Part shown: positions 58,601 through 64,000 of the stretch, one piece after another
Layout: every line of letters starts with the position of its first letter
Numbering within the stretch: the stretch's first letter is position 1
NCBI GenBank assembly: GCA_054600435.1
Contig: BAAIJX010000063.1
Coordinates: 1 to 64,000, forward strand
Direction: 5' to 3'
DNA: 64,000 bases
DNA from: Neophaeotheca triangularis
Taxonomy: Eukaryota
Program-made: the position numbers and the translations under genes
Notes under the pieces: model-generated
The model's database searches: none
The model's input: only the letters and a program-made list of their open reading frames with translations
What the model was told of the DNA's origin: nothing

Positions 58601-60712
58601 ACCAAAGTACTTGCCAATGAGCGACCAGGGCGCGCCTAGGCTTTGCAGGTATCGATCGGCTTCGTGCATGGCCACGCTGTAGTGCTCATTGTCCATGAGA
58701 CCCATTCCGTTGCGCGCCCACTGTGCGCCCTGACCCGTAAAGACAAATGTCAGTGGGTTCGCGTTAGATTTGCGGTTCGCTGGTGGAGGCGACGAGAGTT
58801 TCTCAACCAGCTGTTGGCAAGATGCAGCGGCTACTGCATAGGTATGTCGGAAACGGCTCCGGCGATTGGTCAAAGTTGTGCTTAAGGAGCGCAAGAAGTG
58901 TGACTCGTCATCGATGACTTTGCCGTTCACGTAGTCCCCAAGTGCCAACGCATTTCGTTCCAGAGCCGCTTCACTCTTACCAGAAACTATGTAGAGACGG
59001 GTTGTCTGGACATCCTTCAGTATGTCGCCCCTGACTTTCGTCGCAAGGCCATTCACTTGCCCATTGACTTTCGGAGACCGGCCATCCAGCTCTCCGGAAG
59101 GATCGTTGATGCTTGGCGTCTTTGAATCTTTGCGTTCACTAGGCGGAGGAGTGAAAGATCCATTGGTCTGCGACATGTGGCCATTAGTCTCCGAAACGTT
59201 GCCGTTGATACCGTTCGCTGTTGAGTTAAGATCATAAGCATCCAAGATGGCGTGGGCGTTGGATCCACCGAAACCGAAGTTGTTGATAGATATCCTTTTG
59301 GCCTTGCCAGGAGGCCAAGGGGTACACGTGGTCGGTACCTGTCTTTCGATTAGTGGCGGACGAGTCTCGCGTTGTGGAAAAGTTTGAATACCTTGAGACG
59401 GAAAACTTCCATATCAAGTTCTGGGTTTGGATGCTCGAAATTTGCGTTTGGAAGTATCGTCTCTCTCTCCAGCATTGCAATCGATTTCAGTACGGCCAGA
59501 ATGCCGCTGGCCGCTTCTAGATGGCCTGCTAGGCGTCAGGAGATGCCTTTGTTTTCTGTGGCCGCAGGGACTCAGCTTACCGAAATTCGATTTTACACTG
59601 CCAATCATCAAAGGATTCTCTGCCGCTAGGCTCGAAGTATCAAAAGCGGACGCAATAGACCTGGCCTCTATAGGGTCGCCTTTGAGGGTACCTGTACCAT
59701 GAGCTTCTACGAAGGCGGTTTCCGAGGGATCCAATCCAGCGGAAGCGTAAACGGACCGTATTAATTCGGTCTGAGCAACTTGACTGGGGACGGTGATTCC
59801 CTGCGAGCGTCCACAATGATTGACTCCAGTATTGCGAATGATGGCACGAACAGAGTCGCCCGCTTGCACGGCATCTTCCGTTCTTCGTAGCACGAGGCAA
59901 CCGGCACCTTCGCCGCGTCCATACCCGTTTGCGCGGGAATCGAAAGAGTAACTGATGCCGTTCTCGCTCACGGCGCTGCAAAGAAGCTATTAGCTTGATC
60001 CACATATATAGCTTGCTACTCAGAATGGAACTCACCCAATTGCCGCCATGTGACTGAGAAGCATCGGAGATACCTGGAGAAACGCTCCTCCTACCAAGGC
60101 CATGGAGCATTCGCCACGGCGTATGCTCTCGACCGCTAGATGAAGGGCAGTCAAGCTCGAAGAACACGCGGTGTCCACGGTAAAGCTAGGCCCCCGCCAA
60201 TTGAAGAAGTACGACACGCGGTTAGCCATCATTGTCATCGCATTCCCCGTCGCCGAGAATCTGGAAGCAGTCTGCAGGTCCAAATCGATCATGGAGGCAT
60301 ATTCACTTTTGGACCCGCCAGCGAATACACCAATGTCGGATCGGCCAGATAGTTCGTTGATATCCAAGCCCGCATTTTCGACAGCCGTGAAAGCGCACTC
60401 AAGAAGCAAGCGCTGCTGAGGATCCATGGCTGCAGCTTCCGCCGCAGTAATGTTGAAGAACGAGGCATCAAAGGTAGAAGTGTCGCGGTCCAGGAACGAA
60501 CCTGCGCGAACGTTGAAGTGACCTTGTTTTTGGGATGCGGGATGATAGTACGATTCTGCTTTGAACCAGGTTGAAGGATACGGCCGGGAGGAGCATCTTG
60601 CTCCAGCACAGAATTCCCAGAGAGCATTGTCGTTGTCCACGCCAGAGGGTAACTGACATGACGTGCCAATGATGGCTACGGATGCTCTGCCTGGAGTGAT
60701 GTGCGGTTGCAT
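52637..60712 (-). CDS. Highly reducing iterative type I polyketide synthase KS-AT-DH-cMT-ER-KR-ACP, ~2588 aa; exons 60712-60036, 59975-59581, 59525-59392, 59338-58615, 58556-53557, 53473-52637
   Basis: KS: DTACSSS, EAHGTGT, KSNFGHLE. AT: FTGQGAQW, GHSSGE, AYHS. DH: WLADHKVNGSIIFP, HPAWVDAALH. cMT: LEVGAGTGG, DVIHAT. ER: LIHAAAGGVGQAA. KR: ITGGTGGLG, GQSSYSGSN. ACP: LGLDSLIAVEL. Five introns give a 7767-nt frame divisible by 3. Confidence 0.96.
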
Positions 60713-61137
60713 TATTGTTGGAAATGGAGTGAAAATCGATGTATTGGATGCCAAAGGATGGAATAATCCGCTGCTCCCTAGAAGTAGGGTATTATGTTAG
60801 CTGGAGAATGCCTCGTTATGAGAAGCGAGCATTCGTTGAGCTTGATGCCTCGGCAAGGAGGCCTTATTGCAAGTGGTAGAAGCTGGCTGACCGAGACTGT
60901 GGTTGTGCTGCGGGTCCAATGCTTCTCCACGGCACTACCGCAGGGCTCGGACCAGAAACGTCGATCCAGAGACACGCCATCGGATATGTCTGTCGACCCC
61001 AGTCGAGCGGCCAAAGCCAGGAAGAGGTTATCGGATTTCTCCGTCTCCTCTTGTAGGAGTATTAGTACCCACGGAGTAACGAAGCGAAACAGACATCGTG
61101 AACGCAAGAACGAAGTCTTGTTCTCAACCCATTCACG

Positions 61138-61821
61138 ATGCATCGCACTTACGCCATACACAAATTACCTCAGGATTGCGATCACGTCGACGAAACGCAA
61201 GTCACGCGCAAGCTCGCTGCCCTGTACAAAGAAGGTGTACGATCGAGTTTTCCGGGGGAGAACATGATCCTACAGGCGCCCAAGCTGCTCGCCTCTCCGG
61301 AAGCCGTCCGCCTATCTCTACGCAACGCACACGTCTGGATATGCGTGGCACCCAATGCCAAAACCGGAGAAAACAGCCTTGAGAAGGGAAGCTGGGTGGG
61401 CATGTATTCACTTCGCGGACCACTGCAACCAGGACAAAGCAGCTTCTTCGATTCGGCCTCGGGTCTTTCGATGCAGGTGAAATACTGGAGGGGTAGCCGT
61501 TTGTTTGTTCAGGAACAACACCGCAACATTGAAACATTTACTGGCCTGAGGCGGAGTATGGAGGAATTCGTGAGGGGGCAACAGCAGGTCCCTGGCAACA
61601 TCGGCCGAGTGGACCGGGTGCGCTTCGCTGGAAGAGAGACCTCCGGTGCAATGACCATCTACGAAGGCGAAACAGAGATGGTCGAAGCAATCCGTCCGCT
61701 CACTTACCGGGAGGTTCTCGAGGAGGACGAAAGTCTACCAGCAACACTAACGGACACGGCGCCGGCGTCCATCATGGATTCGAAATGGACGCTCTTCGAA
61801 GAACGTTTCGTGGCGACGTAA
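61138..61821 (+). CDS. Hypothetical 227-aa protein, weakly GNAT-acetyltransferase-like, divergent from the PKS
   Basis: ATG-initiated, intronless ORF. VWICVAP...WVGMYSLRGP...WRGSRLFVQEQHRN resembles fungal GNAT beta3/beta4-motif A, but lacks the R/Q-x-x-G-x-G/A glycines. Confidence 0.55.
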   Translation: MHRTYAIHKLPQDCDHVDETQVTRKLAALYKEGVRSSFPGENMILQAPKLLASPEAVRLSLRNAHVWICVAPNAKTGENSLEKGSWVGMYSLRGPLQPGQSSFFDSASGLSMQVKYWRGSRLFVQEQHRNIETFTGLRRSMEEFVRGQQQVPGNIGRVDRVRFAGRETSGAMTIYEGETEMVEAIRPLTYREVLEEDESLPATLTDTAPASIMDSKWTLFEERFVAT

Positions 61822-64000
61822 GGCGCCTGCCTATCAGATGAGGGTGTGCAGATGCGCAGCGGAGTTGGTAAAGGTTTGATAGCAGGCAAACCTACTCCGC
61901 AAGGTGACAGTCAGGGAGGGAGAGGGGTTCGGGGGGCAGACTCAAGCACAACGACGTTGGCAACGCTTCGGCGCTAAAGACGGGACGGGAAAGGGGCAAA
62001 GCGGATGATCTACGCGGGCCACGTCCACACGTCCTCTCTCTCGACGTCGAAGACCTTTACGGATCATTATTACAATTTACTTCCTATCAAACCTCGACTA
62101 CCTAGGCTCCGTTATTATTGGCGTATGTTTGTTTGCACGTCTCAGGTACCTTGTCTTGAACATTCTCAACTTCTAGGATTAGACTCTCGCCTTATTCGAT
62201 ATTGCTAGAGAGTACACAGTGTGCTACAGAGTACTTGGGTGTCTAAGTCCATTTCAACGACCGCTAGACACTGGAAACTGCTAGTGTGGACGACCCATCC
62301 ACGTGGTAGGATCAAACCCCTTTTTCGCATGTATACAGAGCAGAGGTGGACAAGGCTAGCAGCACGGGCTTACCCGATGCCTAGGTTACCGCCATCGTGA
62401 TTCCTACAAGCAAAAGCTGAATCTAAATTGCATTTTGGCGTTTATCATTTCCTCAAAGCTTCGGCAGCAACAAAGAACACCCGCCTCTTTAGGAAAGCCG
62501 CAACTCTTAGCCCTATAATATCAATGTCCTCTTCGGGCAATGGTTTCACGCATGCGTCAACGCGCCGGTGCAGAGGGCGCCTAAAGGATACGGCGATCCG
62601 ACTCCATGATTTCAACTTCCAATCATTAGCGAGATTAGCCACTGGATAAGGTACGCTTAGACATATCCGCGGTTGGGCCCCGAGCTTCTTCATGGGGATC
62701 GACATGTCTCCTTCCTACCTTATTGTTCCTGAAAACCACCTGACTGGATCAATGTAAATGTCGGGTGCTTTCGGCCTTTCATCTTTTTGATGCGCATGAC
62801 CACCATGGCGCAGAGTCGACCATCTTCGCCTGGCCCTTTGTGCCTCGGAATTGTTCCCCGAGCGGTCCACGCCGATCCTCCACAGCCAACATTAACACCT
62901 AAGAAGCGGGATATCCCGACTCTGTACTACACCACTACTCACTTTTGGTTCCCTTCCCTCGATGTGTTCAAGTTGTGGATCCCTCGTGGGAAATGCCGAC
63001 AAGCTTCGGGATGTGCGTCGATCATGCTTGGTCTGAACATGCGGATCATAGGAAACAACGTCCGTGGACCGTGACCGTGATGCCCGTCTTTGCCATATTA
63101 GCTCTGACGTGTGAAGTAAAGCCCGCCGAGTCACTCTGGAAACTTGACTTCAACCTCGCAGATACCATACCATAAGACTCGTACGGCCTATCTATACCAC
63201 GCAAACTGGTCAACCCATACCAAACTCATACCCTGTTGCACGAAAACGTGGTTTCCTCACGAAAAAGACGAAGCTCCGGCGACCTTCGGCTTCCTAGGCG
63301 CTCTCAAGGAGAAGTCGGCGAACCTTGAGCTCGCCTCTTTCGAGTATAGGAATGTTCAGAATCTCACTGACTGTTGCTGACCATCATCAACGTCAATCTC
63401 CTAGTACGGCCCAAGAGCGGTCGTTGTCCCATAATTTCTGAATTAATTTGGACAATCCTAGTTTCGATATCGAACTTACAGTTTAGGCGATCCTGGCACA
63501 CCACTATCCGCTCCTCTCCAAGCGGTGGCCCAAAGGTTTCTTATCTTTCCAGTGCTCTGTTTCAACGGAGGGCCATACCTCTTCTTGCTCTCGGCGCTCC
63601 GTGTTTTGGGGCTGGAGGAGCACAGCGCAACCCCAACGAAAGCGGCACATTGATACGGCAGAACCGTTTGGTACATTAGCACGTACAGGCCGGAGCATCG
63701 AAAAGGTGCAAACCATTACCAGTGGTTGTTGTGGCGGCATGATACGCAGGTCCGAAGTAGTAAAAGCGGACCGTCTGCAACGAACACGTTGATAGGCGAG
63801 ACGAGCCGGAATCGTCCCTCGAGCTTCTGACCTACTGTCATTGGGCCACCAAGATTCCCTGAAGCGAGACTTGCTGGTTTCAACTCCTACGACACCAAAC
63901 TTTGCACAATCGCCTCAAGCCTTCCCACATGGTCGCTCTCGCAATGTCGCTGAACGCGGAGACTGCGCCCAAGACCAGGTATCCGTCCGATACTGAGCTC

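Noticed and set aside
61900..64000. Short ORFs and a somewhat TA-rich stretch beyond the GNAT-like gene (possible RIP-mutated relic)
   Set aside because: No identifiable protein motif or repeat boundary, and RIP indices could not be computed.

Overview
Eukaryotic, gene-dense genomic DNA from a filamentous ascomycete. The short GT-AG introns with CTAAC/CTGAC branch points and the gene set point to a Dothideomycete-like fungus (inference). About 22 protein-coding loci can be supported, and I reconstructed most intron-containing models by hand so that the spliced frames close. Housekeeping genes are a Num1/ApsA-type PH protein, CNS1, VID27, SUA5, pyroglutamyl peptidase I, AP-1 beta-adaptin, a CCCH zinc-finger protein, an RBM42-like RRM protein and SUB1/PC4. 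Accessory genes are interleaved: a HET-domain gene and a P-loop-deleted NACHT relic flanking SUA5, a bacterial-type NMT1/THI5-like binding protein, a heme-thiolate peroxygenase lacking the canonical Arg/Glu pair, a ToxD-like enoyl reductase and a secreted Cys-rich protein. There is also a complete highly reducing PKS (KS-AT-DH-cMT-ER-KR-ACP, with a GC-AG intron) divergently paired with a degenerate GNAT-like gene. A three-exon 55-aa MCO6-like microprotein gene, missing from the ORF track, was found by reading the sequence. No rRNA, tRNA, CRISPR array or intact transposon was recognised. All family calls come from motif recognition, not database searches.
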